A stretch of 64,000 nucleotides of DNA from Leucoraja ocellata (Eukaryota): the NCBI GenBank assembly GCA_036785375.1, contig JAWMAR010000059.1, positions 7,192,001 through 7,256,000 of the forward strand. Reading direction: 5' to 3'. The notes under the pieces are model-generated. The model had not been told where the DNA came from. It searched no databases and saw only the letters and a list, made by a program, of their open reading frames with translations. The position numbers and the translations under genes were made by a program. Below are positions 11,745-24,914 of this stretch, piece by piece (the stretch's first letter is position 1; each line of letters starts with the position of its first letter).

Positions 11745-14700
11745 CTATACTCAAATCATTTTGCTATGAATGCTAACATTCCATTCGCTTTCTTCACTGC
11801 CTGCTGCACCCAGTCTAGAATGGCATGTTGGTTCCACTACATGTTGGTTTTGAAAACTATCCCGCATACATTCCAAGAAATCCTCTTCCTCAGCACCCCT
11901 GCCAATTTGATTCATCCAATCCATATTTGGATTGAAGTCACCCATTATAACTGTTTTACCTTTGTTGCACGCATTTCTAATTTCCAGTTTGATGCCATCA
12001 CCAACTCCACTACTACTGTTAGGTGGCCTGAACACAATTCCCTCTAGCATTTTCTGCCCCTTAGTGTTTCGCTGCTCTACCCATATCGATTCCACATCCT
12101 CCAAGCTAATGTCCTTCCTTTCTATTGCGTTAATCTCCTCTCTAGCCAGCAACGCTTCCCCACCTCGTTTCCTTTCTGTATATCCCTCCCTCCTGGATAC
12201 GCATATGGATGAGAAGGGAATTGAGGGTTATGGTATGAGTGTAGGCAGGCGGGTCTAAGGGAAAAAGTTGTTCGGCACGTACTTGTAGGGCCGAGATGGC
12301 CTGTTTCCGTGCTGTAATTGTTTTACAGCACGGTCACCCTGGAGCCATGTCTCCGTGATCCCAACTATATCATATTATTTAATAGCTATCTGCACATTCA
12401 ACTCATCCACCTGATTAGGAATGCTCCTTGTATTAAGATACAACGCCTTCAGGCTTGTTTTTACAACACTCTTACCCCTTATACAATTAAGTTGAATGTG
12501 TGTTTTCTCCTGCTGTCTTTGTTGTTGTTGCTTGTAAATCCACGGGAGCTCTCGGTAAAGTCTGCCTGTGCTTTGCCTCTCCTTTTCAACTGTTTTCCCC
12601 ATCTGACTCACTTCTAACTCTCCCCACTTGGGCTAGAGCGCAATATACATATAGATTGGGCGAATCAAATTGTCAGGGGTGCTGAGGAAGAGGATTGCTT
12701 GGAAGGTATGCGGGATAGTTTTCGGTGACATAATCAATCCAGAAACAAGGGGTCTGAACTTAAAGAAACGTCACTTTGAGGGTATGAGGCGTGAATTGGC
12801 CAAGATGGACTGGCAATTGATTCTTAAAGGGTTGACGGTGGATATGCAATGGAAGGCATTTAAAGACTGCATGGATGAACTACAACAAATGTTCATCCCA
12901 CGTTGGCAAAAATAATAAATCAGGGAAGATAGTGCATCCGTGGACAACAAGGGAAATCCGGGATAGTATTAAAACAAAAGATGAAGCATGCAAATTAGCC
13001 AGAAAAAGCAGCCTACCAGAGGACTTGGAGAAATTCAGTCCAGCAGAGGAGGACAAAGGGCTTAATTCTGAAAGGGAAAATAGATTATGGAAGAAAACGG
13101 ACAGGGATCATAAAACTGCCTACAAACGTTTTTTATAGATATGCGAAGAGAAAAAAAAGATTAGTTAAAACAAATGTATCCCAGAGTATTTAAGGAAGTA
13201 GCCCCGGAAATAGTGGATGCATCAGTGATAATTTTTCAAAATTCTTTAGATTCTGGAGTAGTTCCTGAGGATTGGAGGGTAGCTAATGTAACATCACTTT
13301 TTTTAAAAAGGGAGGGAGAGAGAAAACGGGGAATTACAGACATGTTAGTCTAACATGTCTGTAATTCCCCCTGGATTTCCCCCTTAAGGATAAGGGGGGA
13401 ATCCTTTAAAACCGAGATGAGAAGAACTTTTTTCACACAGAGAGTGGTGAATCTCTGGAACTCTCTGCCACAGAGGGTAGTTGAGGCCAGTTCATTGGCT
13501 ATATTTAAGACGGAGTTAGATGTGGCCCTTGTGGCTAAGGGGATCAGGGGGTATGGGAGAAGGCAGGTACGGGATACTGAGTTGGATGGTCAGCCATGAT
13601 CATATTGAATGGCGGTGCAGGCTCGAAGGGCCGAATGGCCTACTCCTGCACTTAATTTCTATGTTTCTATGTCTATGTAACATCGGTATTGGGGAAAACT
13701 GTAGAGTAAGTTATTAATGATGGGATAGCAGCACATTTGGAACGTGGTGAAATAATTAGACAAAGTCAGCATGGATTTATGAAAGGTAAATCATGTCTGA
13801 GGAATCTTATATATTTTTTCGAGGTTGTAACCCGTACAGTGGATAAGGGAGAACCAGTGGATGTATTATATGTGGACATTCTGATATATTATGTGGCTTT
13901 CGACAAGGTCCCACACAAGAGATCAGTATACAAATTTAAAGCACATGGTATTGGGGTTTCAGTATTGATGTGGATAGAGAACTGGCTGGCAGACAGGAAG
14001 CAAAGTGTAGGAGTAATTGAGTCCTTTTCAGAATGGCAGGCAGTGACTAATGGGTGCCGCAAGGCTCAGTGCTGGGACCCCAGCTGTTTACAACATAGAT
14101 TAATGATTTGGACGAGGGAATTGAATGCAACATCTCCAAGTTTTCAGGTGACACGAAGCTGGGGGACAGTGGTAGCTGTGAGGAGGATGCTAGGAGGCTG
14201 CAAGGTGTCTTGGATAGGTTGGGTGAGTAGGCAAATGCATGGTAGATGCAGTATAATGTGGATACATGTGAGGTTATCCACTTTGGTGGCACAGACAGGA
14301 AAGTGGAATATTTTCCGAATGGTGGCCGATTAGGAAAGGGGGGAGATGCAACGAGACCTGTGTGTCATGGTACACAAGTTATTGAAATTAGGCATGCAGG
14401 TGCATCAGGCAGTGAATAGAGCGAATGGTCTGTTAGCATCCATTGCAAAATGATTTGTGTCTAGGAGCATGGAGGTTCTACTGCAGCTGTACAAGGTCTT
14501 GGTGAGACCACACCTGTAATATTGCGTACAGATTTCGTCTCCTAATTTGAGCAAATACATTATAGCCATAGAGGGAGTACATAGAAGGTTCACCAGACTG
14601 ATTCCTGGGATGTCAGGACTTTCATATGAAGAAAGACTGGATAGACTCGGCGTGTACTCGCTAGAATTTAGATGATTGAGGGGGGATCATATAGAAACTT

Positions 14701-14973
14701 ACAACATTCTTAAGAGGTTGGACAGGTTAGATGCAGGAATATTGTTCCCGATGTCGGTGAAGTCCAGAACAAGGGGACACAGTTTAAGGATAAGGTGGAC
14801 ATCTTTTTGGACTTAAATGAGAAACATAAATTCACACAGAGTGGTGAATCTCTGGAATTCTCTGCCACAGAAGGTAGTTGAGACTAGTTCATTGGCTATA
14901 TTTAAGAGGGAGTTAGATGTGGCCCTTGTGGCAAAAGGGTTCAGGAGGTATGAAGAGAATGCAGGTACAGGAT

Positions 14974-14976
<3 letters not shown>
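11745..14976. mobile_element. Patchwork of CR1 LINE fragments (both strands; longest about 13680-14976 on +)
   Basis: Endonuclease motif VIMGDFN (11751-12152), QHGFMKGKSCL and AFDKVPH (13737-14333), and repeated 3' UTR sequence. Confidence 0.85.
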
Positions 14977-15025
<49 letters not shown>

Positions 15026-16291
15026 TAATAACTTTATTTTTAGAGCACTTTAAAACAACCACAGTTGCAACAAAGTGCTGAACATGACTGATCATGGACA
15101 ACAAATGTTTACATATCAATACAAACATTGAACGAAAGATTAAAAACAATGAAAATTAAAAACATTAAAAGCACTAAAAACAGGAGCAAAGTCTCAAGCA
15201 GTGTCAAAAGCCAAATAATATAAATGTGTTTTAATGTTGGTTTTGAAGATGGACAGTGAGGGGGCCTGTCTGATGTGCAACGACAGGGTGTTCCAGAGTG
15301 CCGGAGCAGCAACAGAGAAGGCTCTATCCCCTCTGAGCTTCCGCTTAGACCTCGGTACCTCCAGGAGCAGCTGATCAGCTGACCTGAGTCATCGGGCAGG
15401 AGCGTATGGGTGGAGCAGTTCAGAGAGGTAAGTCGGGGCGAACCCATTTAGAGTTTTAAAAACAATTATAAGATTAACTCGAAAGTGCACCGGGAGCCAG
15501 TGAAGGGAGGCCAGAATTGGCGTTATGTGCTCCCTCTTTCGAGTTCCAGTTAAAAAGCGAGCGGCAGCATTTTTAACCAACTGGAGACGAGCCAGTGAAG
15601 ATCGTGCAACTCCAAAGTAGAGTGCGTTACAGTAATCCAGCCTAGATGTAATAAAGGCATGGATTACTGTTTTAAAATGCTGCCGCTCGAGAATGGGCTT
15701 CACCTTCGCCAGTTTCCTTAGGTGAAAGAAGCTGGACTTAACCACAGCGCCTATTTGATGATCTAGTTTAAAATCACTGTCCATCCTAAAACCCAGGTTT
15801 AAAACTGTTGGCTTCACGTACCGTGCCAGTGGACCCAAGTCAGCAAGGGAAGGTTCACGGCAGCCATTGGGACCAAACAAAATCTGTCTTCTTCTCATTA
15901 AATCCTAGAAAGTTTAGGGCCATCCAGGACTTAATGTCCTCAAGACATGACAAAAGTGATTTGACAGAAAAGGCGTCTTCCTTCCTCAGTGGCATATATA
16001 ATTGGCTATCATCGGCATAACAGTGAAAAGAGATGCCATGCTTTCTAAGAAAGGAACCCACAGGAAGTAGGTATAGTGAGAAAAGCAGGGGCCCTAAAAT
16101 TGAGCCCTGTGGGACCCCATATGACAGAGGAGCGGAGGAGGATTCAAAACCAGCAAGGCTTACACACATGGTTATGTCTGCCAGATAGGACCTGAACCAT
16201 CCCAGGGCACTGCCACAGATGCCCACTAGGTGCTGTAATCGAGATATTAAGATACCATGGTCCACTGTATCAAAGGCGGCAGATAGGTCCA
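14977..16291 (-). mobile_element. L2-clade LINE 3' fragment with (TTA)n tail, inserted in a CR1 3' UTR with TSD GATATT
   Basis: LDLSAAFDTVDH, GVPQGSILGPLLF, HCYADDSQLY, IHAFITSRLDYCN and HITPILASLHWLPV are L2-type RT motifs. GATATT at 14971-14976 and 16292-16297; the CR1 3' UTR resumes on the other side. Confidence 0.88.
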
Positions 16292-18118
16292 GATATTGAG
16301 TTGGATAAATAGTAATGAACATATTGAATGGCGGTGCAGGCTCGATAGGCCGAATAGCCTACCCCTGCACATATTTTCTATATTTCTGTGTTTTTATGGA
16401 TAGGACAGGTTTCGAGGAATATGGACTAAACGCGGGGAAGTGAGGTTAACGTTGCAGGGACATGTTGGCCGATGTGGGCAAGTTGGACCGAAGTTGGCCA
16501 TACTGTATAATCTACGACTGCATGTCTCACAAAGATATGGACCCGGGACGACTCACGGTAGGATTTGTCTTTAAATAACTTTCTCGTAATCCCCCCTTTC
16601 TTTCTTTCTTCCTTTCTCTCTTTATATCTTTCTCTCTCGCTCTCTCTTTCGCTCTCTCTCTCTTTTTTTCTCTTTCCCTTTCGTCCTCTTTCACACCCTC
16701 TTCTTCCTTTCCCTCGCTTTTTAAGAATAACGAGGAAAGTGATTGGAATTTATTACCTTCCGTCACAATGAGGAACGTGAGGGATCCGCAGTGGTGGATG
16801 TTTATATTCACATGGAACCCTTGAAAGTTTGAGTGGCCCTTGGTTATGCTGGCAGGAAAAGTATCATTTAATTTAGTTTCGAGATCCAACTTCGGCCCAC
16901 CGAGTCTGCGGCGACCAGCGATCCCCGAACCACACACACCAGGAAGGATTTGTTATTTTATCAAACCAATTCGCCTATAAACCTGTTTTATTTCGTTTAC
17001 TTTAGTTGTGTTTACTTTACTTTCATGTAGATTAGATTAATTTATATTGTCACGTGCAACGAGGTACAGTGACACTGTTGTTGTTGTGTGCTATCCAGTC
17101 CGCAAAAGATTACAATCAATCCATCCAGAGTGGACCCATAATGGAGAAATTTATAATGTTTTGGTCAAGATAAAGTCCAGCAAAGTCCGATTAAAGATAG
17201 CGCGAAGGTCTTCAATCAGTAAAAGGGCAGGACCGCTCTCTGGTTGGAGATAGGACGGTTCATTTACCCGATAACATATGTGAAAACATTGTCCCACAGA
17301 TCCCTGTTCAATATTTCGCCTCTCATCTTAAACCTATGGCATCTGTTTTTTTGATTCTTAAATTCTCTACACTGGGTAAGTGTGTGAATTTACCCTATTT
17401 ATTCCCTTCGTGATTTTACGTACCCCTATACGACCACACCACATGCTCCTGCGCTCCAATCTTAGCCTGGTCAATCACTCCCTATAGCTCAGGCACTCGA
17501 GTCCTGGCAACATATTCGTAAATCTTCTCAGCACTTCTCCAGCTTAACAACAACTTTCGCATAACAGGGTCTCCAAAAGTGAGCAAAGTACTCCAAATGG
17601 ATCGTACTCCAAATTTAGTCTCACCAACTGCTCGTGTAACAGTAACGTGAACGTTAAGCCTTTACACCCAACACCCTGCCTGATGAAGGCAAATGTGTCG
17701 AAAGCCATCTTTGTGACGCTGTATACCTTTGACAAATATTTCAAAGAAATGTAGGGAGGTGAGAGGACATCATAAGTGGACCCCTAACAGCGTATGGTAT
17801 ACTGTTTTCGTCGGTCGTGGAATTGAGTATAAGAGTCAGGAAGTCACAATGCAGATTTATAAGATTTTGAGCCGGTCGCATTTGGAAAATTGCGTATAGT
17901 TCTGGTCGATCCCATTACAGGAAGGATGTGAAGGCTCTGGAGAGAGTGCGGAAGTGGCATTCCTCAATCATTCCGGCACCTGCAGTTCCTTTTATCTGGA
18001 GATGATTCTCATCGTCCCCGCTGGAGGTCGCACCGCACCCCGCACTTCTCAGACCGGGGAAGGGGACACCTGTTCTCCCATCGACAGTCACCTCCCCCCA
18101 TTTATAAAAGGCGAGGAG

Positions 18119-18152
18119 GGTTTTTCTAGGCCCGCCCCGCCGCGTCGCTGTG
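18119..18152 (-). other. Defective RSS of V2
   Basis: Heptamer CACAGCG, spacer only 18 nt, nonamer AGAAAAACC. Confidence 0.85.
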
Positions 18153-18448
18153 TATACTCCATGCGCAGAAATACCGGGCTGAGTGATTCGCCGCCAGGCC
18201 GGTGAACTTCAGATCGAACCGGTTGCCTTTTCTGACCGCGGAGAGACCGTTCGTCGTCTCCTTCGGATCCACGTGCATCTGATTAATGGAAAAGAACAAG
18301 TTACCGAGCCCCTAGCCGGCGGACTGTCCGTACCGGTACATACAGTCATTGTTGCCCCCTTCCTCCGCCGTGCACCGCAGCTCCAAAAAATCCCCGGGAT
18401 CTCCTGAAAACGTGGTTGGATTCTGGCGGACGGTCACCGAGTTCACAT
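18153..18448 (-). pseudogene. TRBV: TCR beta V pseudogene V2 (paralogue of V1)
   Basis: VNSVTVRQNP...LELRC...CMYRYGQSAG*GLGNLF...HSARYFCAWSI: in-frame TAG at 18314-18312, conserved Trp changed to Arg, broken RSS. Confidence 0.92.
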
Positions 18449-19163
18449 CTGGAAATAGAGAGGCCAAGAGCGAGGGGAGTGAAAAAGAAGGGGGGGGGGG
18501 GGGGGTGAGAACGACTGTCATTCGAGGGGGAGGGGGCAATAAATGGGGAGGGATGAGGCATTAGAGGTCGCGGGGAGTTTGAGAGAGTGATGGGGAGAAG
18601 GGGTAAGGGAGAGGGAGAGGGGGAGAAATTGAGTGATGTGAAGGTGGAGATATAGAATCAGAGGGAGGAGAAGAGGAGGGGTTCGAGACATGGGGAAATG
18701 TGGAGATGGAGAGATACACTTAAAGGGAGGAGTGTGGAGGGCAGGATATCGAGAGCGAGAGAAGTCAGAGAGATGTGGTATGAGGGAGATAGATTGAGCG
18801 AGAATGGAGAAGATGGAGTGTGGAGAGAGGAAGAGGGTGATTGAGAGATGGCGTAAGATGAGATATATTGGTGAGACAGAGAGAAAGTGTGAAGTAGAAT
18901 TAGATTTTACAGATTCGGACAAGTAGTGAGAAAACAGAGAGAGGTGAAGTTAAGGGGTAAGCTGGAGAGAGACAGGAGAGCGATTGTTAGAGGAGGAGAG
19001 GGAGAGATAATTAATAAAGGGGAAATAAAGAGAGGGGGGGGATAGAAAATGACAGAGGGAGAAAACGGGGATCGATAAATGCAGAGAGAATGCAGAGAGA
19101 AGGGGAGAGATGGGGGAGATGGAAGCGGGGAAGAAAGAAGGGCGTTCGGTGAATACAACTTAC

Positions 19164-19200
19164 AATGAAACCAGGTCCCCACAGCGAGAAGGAGATACAT
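19164..19200 (-). pseudogene. TRBV: Leader exon of V2 (MYLLLAVGTWFH)
   Basis: 37-nt exon with GTAAGT donor, homologous to the V1 leader. Confidence 0.85.
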
Positions 19201-19300
19201 ATTTCTGCGAGCTTTCTCCACTCAAAGACAGAAGTGAGGAGATCGAGCGCCGGACATGGGAGTGTAGGGGAATCGCACTGTGCATGGGGTGGGACAGGGG

Positions 19301-19310
19301 TGACGTGGCA
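19301..19310. promoter_or_regulatory. CRE-like motif in the V2 promoter
   Basis: TGACGTGG about 100 bp upstream of the ATG; V-beta promoters typically carry a CRE-like decamer. Confidence 0.45.
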
Positions 19311-20708
19311 TAGAAACGCCCATTCTCCTATGGTAACCAATCTGAATCATGTGGAAATATATAAAACCAGGAGAGGAATACATCGGATAGACGCTCAGAG
19401 TCTATTTGCCAGAATAGTGCATCGAGGACCAGAGGACAGGTTCAAAGTGAAGTGGAAAAGATTCAATAGGATTCTGAGGGGTAACCTTTTCGCACATTGG
19501 GCGGTGCGTGTGTGTAACAAGCTGCCACATGAGGTCGTTGACCCAGGGGCAATCCCCACATTTGAGAAACATTTAGACAGTTACATCGATAGGACAAGGT
19601 TCCAGCGATATTGACCAAACGCGGTGAAGTGAGGTTAGTGTAGCTGGGGACATGATGGCCGGTGTGGGCAAGTTGGGCCGAAGTTGGTCATACTGTATCT
19701 CTCTATTACTTCATGCCTCACATAGATATGGACTCGGGCCGACTCACGGTAGTAATTAACTTTCTCGTAATCCCCCCTTTCCTTCTTTCTTTGTTCCTTT
19801 CTTTCTTTCTACCTCTTTCTCTCTCACTATCTCTTTCGCGCTCTCTCTCTTTCGTCCTCTTTCACAACCTCCTCGTCCTTTACCTCGCACTTTAAGAATA
19901 AGGAGGAAATATATTGTACTTCATTGCCTTCCATCACAATGAGTAATGTGGGGGATCCGCTGTGGTGGATATTTATATTAACTTGTAAATAGTGTTGTGG
20001 CTCGTTGCATTTTTTTTAACATGGCTGTATGGTAATCATGGCTTTCACTGTACTTTAAATGGTAAATGTCACAATAAACTGACCGTGAAACCCGTGGAAC
20101 CTTTAAACCATTCTCTCACAATTTCTCTCCCTCTATTTGTTACTCTCCTCCTCTCTCCGTATNNNNNNNNNNNNNNNNNNNNNNNNNNNNNNNNNNNNNN
20201 NNNNNNNNNNNNNNNNNNNNNNNNNNNNNNNNNNNNNNNNNNNNNNNNNNNNNNNNNNNNNNNNNNNNNNNNNNNNNNNNNNNNNNNNNNNNNNNNNNNN
20301 NNNNNNNNNNNNNNNNNNNNNNNNNNNNNNNNNNNNNNNNNNNNNNNNNNNNNNNNNNNNNNNNNCCCCTCCCTTTCCTTCTATAAGCTCTCGCTCGCGA
20401 CATATCTCTGTCTCCTTTATCGAAACCATATCGAAGCAATGGCAAATGAAATAAAACAACGCCTCTACTTCCTTGGAAATATTATGAAGGTCGTCAAGCT
20501 TCAACAACCATCACCAACCTCTACAGTTGAACGCATTTTAGTGGGACTCAGTTAAAGCAAATCCACAATTTCGTCACTTCGGATTGGCTAGTTGGCGCTA
20601 CTGGGGCGTGTCCCAAGCAACATTGGAGTTTATTTGGCTAATCCTTTGCTAGCAAAATAAGTGCATCCTCTCCGCTGCCCTTAATCGCAGAATAGATTCC
20701 AACTAAAG

Positions 20709-20747
20709 ATGTTACTGCTGTTGTGCCTCCCTTCTTTGGTCCCCGAC
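20709..20747 (+). pseudogene. TRBV: Probable leader exon of V3 (MLLLLCLPSLVPD)
   Basis: Hydrophobic ATG-initiated exon followed by GTAAGT, but phase 0 instead of phase 1. Upstream are a half-CRE (cgtcac, about 20572) and an ATTGG box. Confidence 0.7.
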
Positions 20748-21730
20748 GTAAGTGATAGTATTCAAACAATTATTTCATTTCCCACCCGTCTCTTTAATTC
20801 AGCTATGTCGAATGGAGTATTGTATTCATTTTTCGATCGCCCTGCGAAAGGAAGAATGTTGTCAACCTGGAAAGAGCGCAGAGAAGATTGTTTAGGTTGT
20901 TGCCAGGACTCGAGGGGCCTCGGTTCTAGGGACGGGTTGGGGTGGGCTGGGTTTAATTTGTTGGAACGCAGGCGGCTGAGGGGTGATTTTATTGAGGTGT
21001 GTACAATCACGAGAGGGAATCCATCGGGTGGAATTGTAGTATTCTGTTCAGTTGTGGCACCATGCTGTATGAAGGATGTATTTGAGCTGGAAAAAGCGCA
21101 TACACGTTTTACGAAGATGTCACCAGGAGTCGAGGAGCCTGAGTTATACGGAGAAGAGGGGGCAAGTTAGCTTTTTGCTTTGGAGTGCATGATGGTGCGA
21201 CGTGATGTGTATAAATCACGAGGGGAATAGATAGGGTAAATTCACACATTTTTATCCCCAGGGTAGGGGAATCAAGAGCCAGAGGAAATACATTTCATGT
21301 GACAGGGAGGAAAAATTAACAGGAATCTGAGGGGCAAGTCTGATGCACAGAGGGTGGTGGGTTATGGAGCCAGCTGCCGAATGAGGTAATTGAGGCAGTC
21401 ACTGTAACAGGATTTCAAGATATTTGGTCAGATACATAGATGAAAAAACACATAATACAAATACATAGATAGAGTTATATGGGCCAAACGCGGAACACGG
21501 GAACCTGCTTACATTGTGCGTCTTGACCGATATGGACGAGTTGGGCCGGACGGCTTGATTCCATCGATCAATCAAACGGGAATGGGACATCTTGGCCGGA
21601 ATAGACGAGTCTGGCCTAACGGCCGGTTATTTTCAAGCGACAGTCTCTCGTGTTTCAATTTATTTTTTAACCTTCCCTCTCCCGCTGCTTGCCTTAGCTT
21701 CTTAATTCCGGTGTGGTGTTTATTTTCCAG

Positions 21731-22038
21731 GTGTATCGTGTAATGATGATATCGTCCAGTTACCCACATCTCTCGGGGTCAGGAAGGCGAACCGGCCAAG
21801 ATGGATTGCTCTCAGGCGGGGAACATTCGTAACAACATGTTGTGGTATCTCCAGAAGCGCGGCGGCGGGTTGACGCTGATCGCCTCGGTTTACATCAACA
21901 GCGAGGCCCGCCTGGAGGAGAGTTTTAAGGGCAGATTCGTGGTTACGAGGACGATGGAGAACAAGAAATCAACTCTGGAGATCCACATGGTTAAGCGAGA
22001 GGACGGGGCGGTCTATTTCTGCGGGGCTACGGATGGGG
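21731..22038 (+). pseudogene. TRBV: TCR V gene segment V3 (different family, same orientation as J-C), frameshifted in FR1
   Basis: ttttccag acceptor; VSCNDDIVQLPTSL, then a 1-nt frameshift to GQEGEPAKMDCSQ...MLWYLQK...FKGRF...EDGAVYFCGATDG. Confidence 0.85.
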
Positions 22039-22077
22039 CACAGCGGTGTAGACTCAGGCGGCGTCCGTACACAAACT
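22039..22077 (+). other. 23-RSS of V3
   Basis: CACAGCG, 23-nt spacer, ACACAAACT. Confidence 0.92.
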
Positions 22078-22532
22078 TCCACGCACCTGTTTCCCAAGCA
22101 CCTGCTGTACCTGCCGGAGAATCGAAGGAGATCCCATATGACTATCACCTGTTAGCACTTAGAGGTCTTAAAATCNNNNNNNNNNNNNNNNNNNNNNNNN
22201 NNNNNNNNNNNNNNNNNNNNNNNNNNNNNNNNNNNNNNNNNNNNNNNNNNNNNNNNNNNNNNNNNNNNNNNNNNNNNNNNNNNNNNNNNNNNNNNNNNNN
22301 NNNNNNNNNNNNNNNNNNNNNNNNNNNNNNNNNNNNNNNNNNNNNNNNNNNNNNNNNNNNNNNNNNNNNNNNNNNNNNNNNNNNNNNNNNNNNNNNNNNN
22401 NNNNNNNNNNNNNNNNNNNNNNNNNNNNNNNNNNNNNNNNNNNNNNNNNNNNNNNNNNNNGGAGGACGCCCAGATGGGAAAGATGAGTAGGGGACTTGGA
22501 GGGGGCGTTTACATTCTGCAGCGTCCATCCTT

Positions 22533-24910
22533 ATAGAAACATAGACACATAGAACACTGGTGCATGAGTAGGCCATTCGGCCCTCGAACATGCACCGCCA
22601 TTCGACATGATCATGGCTGATAATCCAACCTAGTATCCCATCCCTGCCTTCTCCCCATACCTCTTGATCCCTTTAGCAACAATGGCCACATATAACTCCC
22701 TCTTAAATATAGCCAATGAACTGGCCTCAACTACCTTCTCTGGCAGAGAATTCCACAGATTCACCACTCTCTGTGTAAAATGATTTTCTCATTTCGGTCC
22801 TAAATGACTTCCCTCTTATCCTTAACTGGATCCCCCCAGTTCTTGACTTCCCCAACATCGGGAATAATCGTCCTGCATCTAGCCTGTCCAACCCCTTAAG
22901 AATTTTCTAAGTTTATATAAGATCCCCCCTCAATCGTTTGAATTATTGCGTGTACAAGCCGAGTCTATCCAGTCTTTCTTCATATGAATGTCCTGCCATC
23001 CGACGAATCAGTCTGGTGAATCTTCTCTGTACTCCTTCTATGGCAATAATGTGTTTTATCGGATTAGGATACCAAATTGTACGCAATACTCCACGTGTGT
23101 TCTCACCAAGACCCTGTACAACTGCTCCCTGCACTTATACTCAAATCCTTTTGCTATGAATGCTAACACACCATTTTGCTTCATTCACTTGCCTGCGGCA
23201 CCTGCATTCCTACTTTCAATGACTGATGTACCTTGACGCCCAGGTCTCGTTGCATCTCCCCTTTTCCTAATCGGCCGCCATTCATATAATAGTCTACTTT
23301 CCTGTTTATCTACTTTCCTGTTTACCACCAAAGTGGATAACCTCACATGTATCCACATTATACTGCATCTGCCATGCATTTGCCCACTCACCCAACCTAT
23401 TCAAGTCACCTTGCAGTTTCCTAGCATCCTCCTCACAGCTAACACTGCCCCCCAGCTTCGTGTCATCCGCAAACTTGGAGATGTTGCATCCAATTCCCTC
23501 ATCCAGATCATTAGTATATATTGTAAATAGCTTGGGTCCAAGCACTGAGCCTTGCCGTACCCCACTAGTCACTGCCTGTCATTCTGAAAAAGACTCGTTT
23601 ACTCCTATTTTTTGCTTCCTGTCTGCCAGCCAGTTCTCTATCCACATCAATACTGAAACCCCATTACCGTGTGCTTTAAGTTTGTATACTAATCTCTTAT
23701 GTGGGACCTTGTCGAAAGCTTTCTGAAAGTCCAGATATAACATCCACTTTTTCTCCCTTATCCACTCTACTAGTTACATCCTCGGAAAATACTATAAGAT
23801 TCGTCAGACATGATTCACCTTTCATAAATCCATCCTACTTTGTCCAATGAAGTCACCACTTTCCAAATGTGTTGCTATCCCATCTTTAATAACTGACTCC
23901 AGAAATTTCCCCACCACCGATGTTAGATTAACTGGTCTGTAATTCCCCGTTTTCTCTCTCCCTTCCTTTTTAAAAAGTGGGGTTAAATTAGCTGCCCTCC
24001 AGTCCTTAGGAACTACTCCAGAATCAAAAGAGTTTTGAAACATTATCGCTAATGCATCCATTATTTTGGCGGCTACTTCCTTAAGTACTCTGGGATGCTA
24101 CTTATCTGGCCCTGGGGATTTATCGGACTTTAATCCATTCAATTTACCTCACACCACTTCCCGGCTAACCTGGATTTCACTCAGTTCCTCCATCTCATTT
24201 AACACCCGGCCCCCGGCAGATTATTTATGTCTTCCTCAGTGAAGACAGAACCAAAGTAGTTATTCAATTGGTCTGCAATGTTCTTGTTCCCCATGATCAA
24301 TTCGCCTATTTCTGACTGCGAGGGACCTACATTTGTTTTAACTAATATTTTCCTCTTCACATACCTATAAAACATATGCAATATGTTTTTATGTACCCTG
24401 CCAGTTTTCTTTCATAATCTATTTTCCCTTTCCTAATTACGCCGTTTGTACTCTGCTGGACTCTGAATTTTTCCTAGTCCCCTGGTAGGCTGCTTGTTCT
24501 GGCTAATTTGTATGCTTCATCATTCGTTTTGATACTATCCCTGATTTCCCATGTTATCAACGGATGCACGACCTTCCCTGATTTATTATTTTGCCAAACT
24601 GGGATGAACACTTGTTGTAGTTCATCCATGCAGTATTTAAATGCCTTCCATTGCATATCCACCGTCACTCCTTTAAGAATTATTTGCCAGTCAATCTTGG
24701 TCAATTCACGTCTCATACCCTCAAAGTCACCTTTCTCTAAGTTCAGGACCCTTGTTTCTGAATTAACAATGTCACTCTTCATCCTAATAAAGAACTCAAC
24801 CATATTATGATCACTCTTTCCCAAGGGGACACGCACAACAAGACTGCTAACCAACCCTTCCTCATTACTCAATACCCAGTATAGAATAGCCTGCTCTCTC
24901 GTTGGTTCAT
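22533..24910 (-). mobile_element. CR1 LINE ORF2 fragment (second subfamily)
   Basis: GNYRPVNLTSVVGK, GVRQGSVLGP...KFADDTK and GKSDHNMVEF; many stops. Confidence 0.9.
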
Positions 24911-24914
24911 TATC

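Noticed and set aside
19276-19307. CACTGTG followed shortly by GGGACAGGGG, resembling the conserved D-beta core
   Set aside because: The heptamer is 8 nt from the core, there is no nonamer at 12 nt and no 3' heptamer or nonamer; it lies in the V2 promoter.
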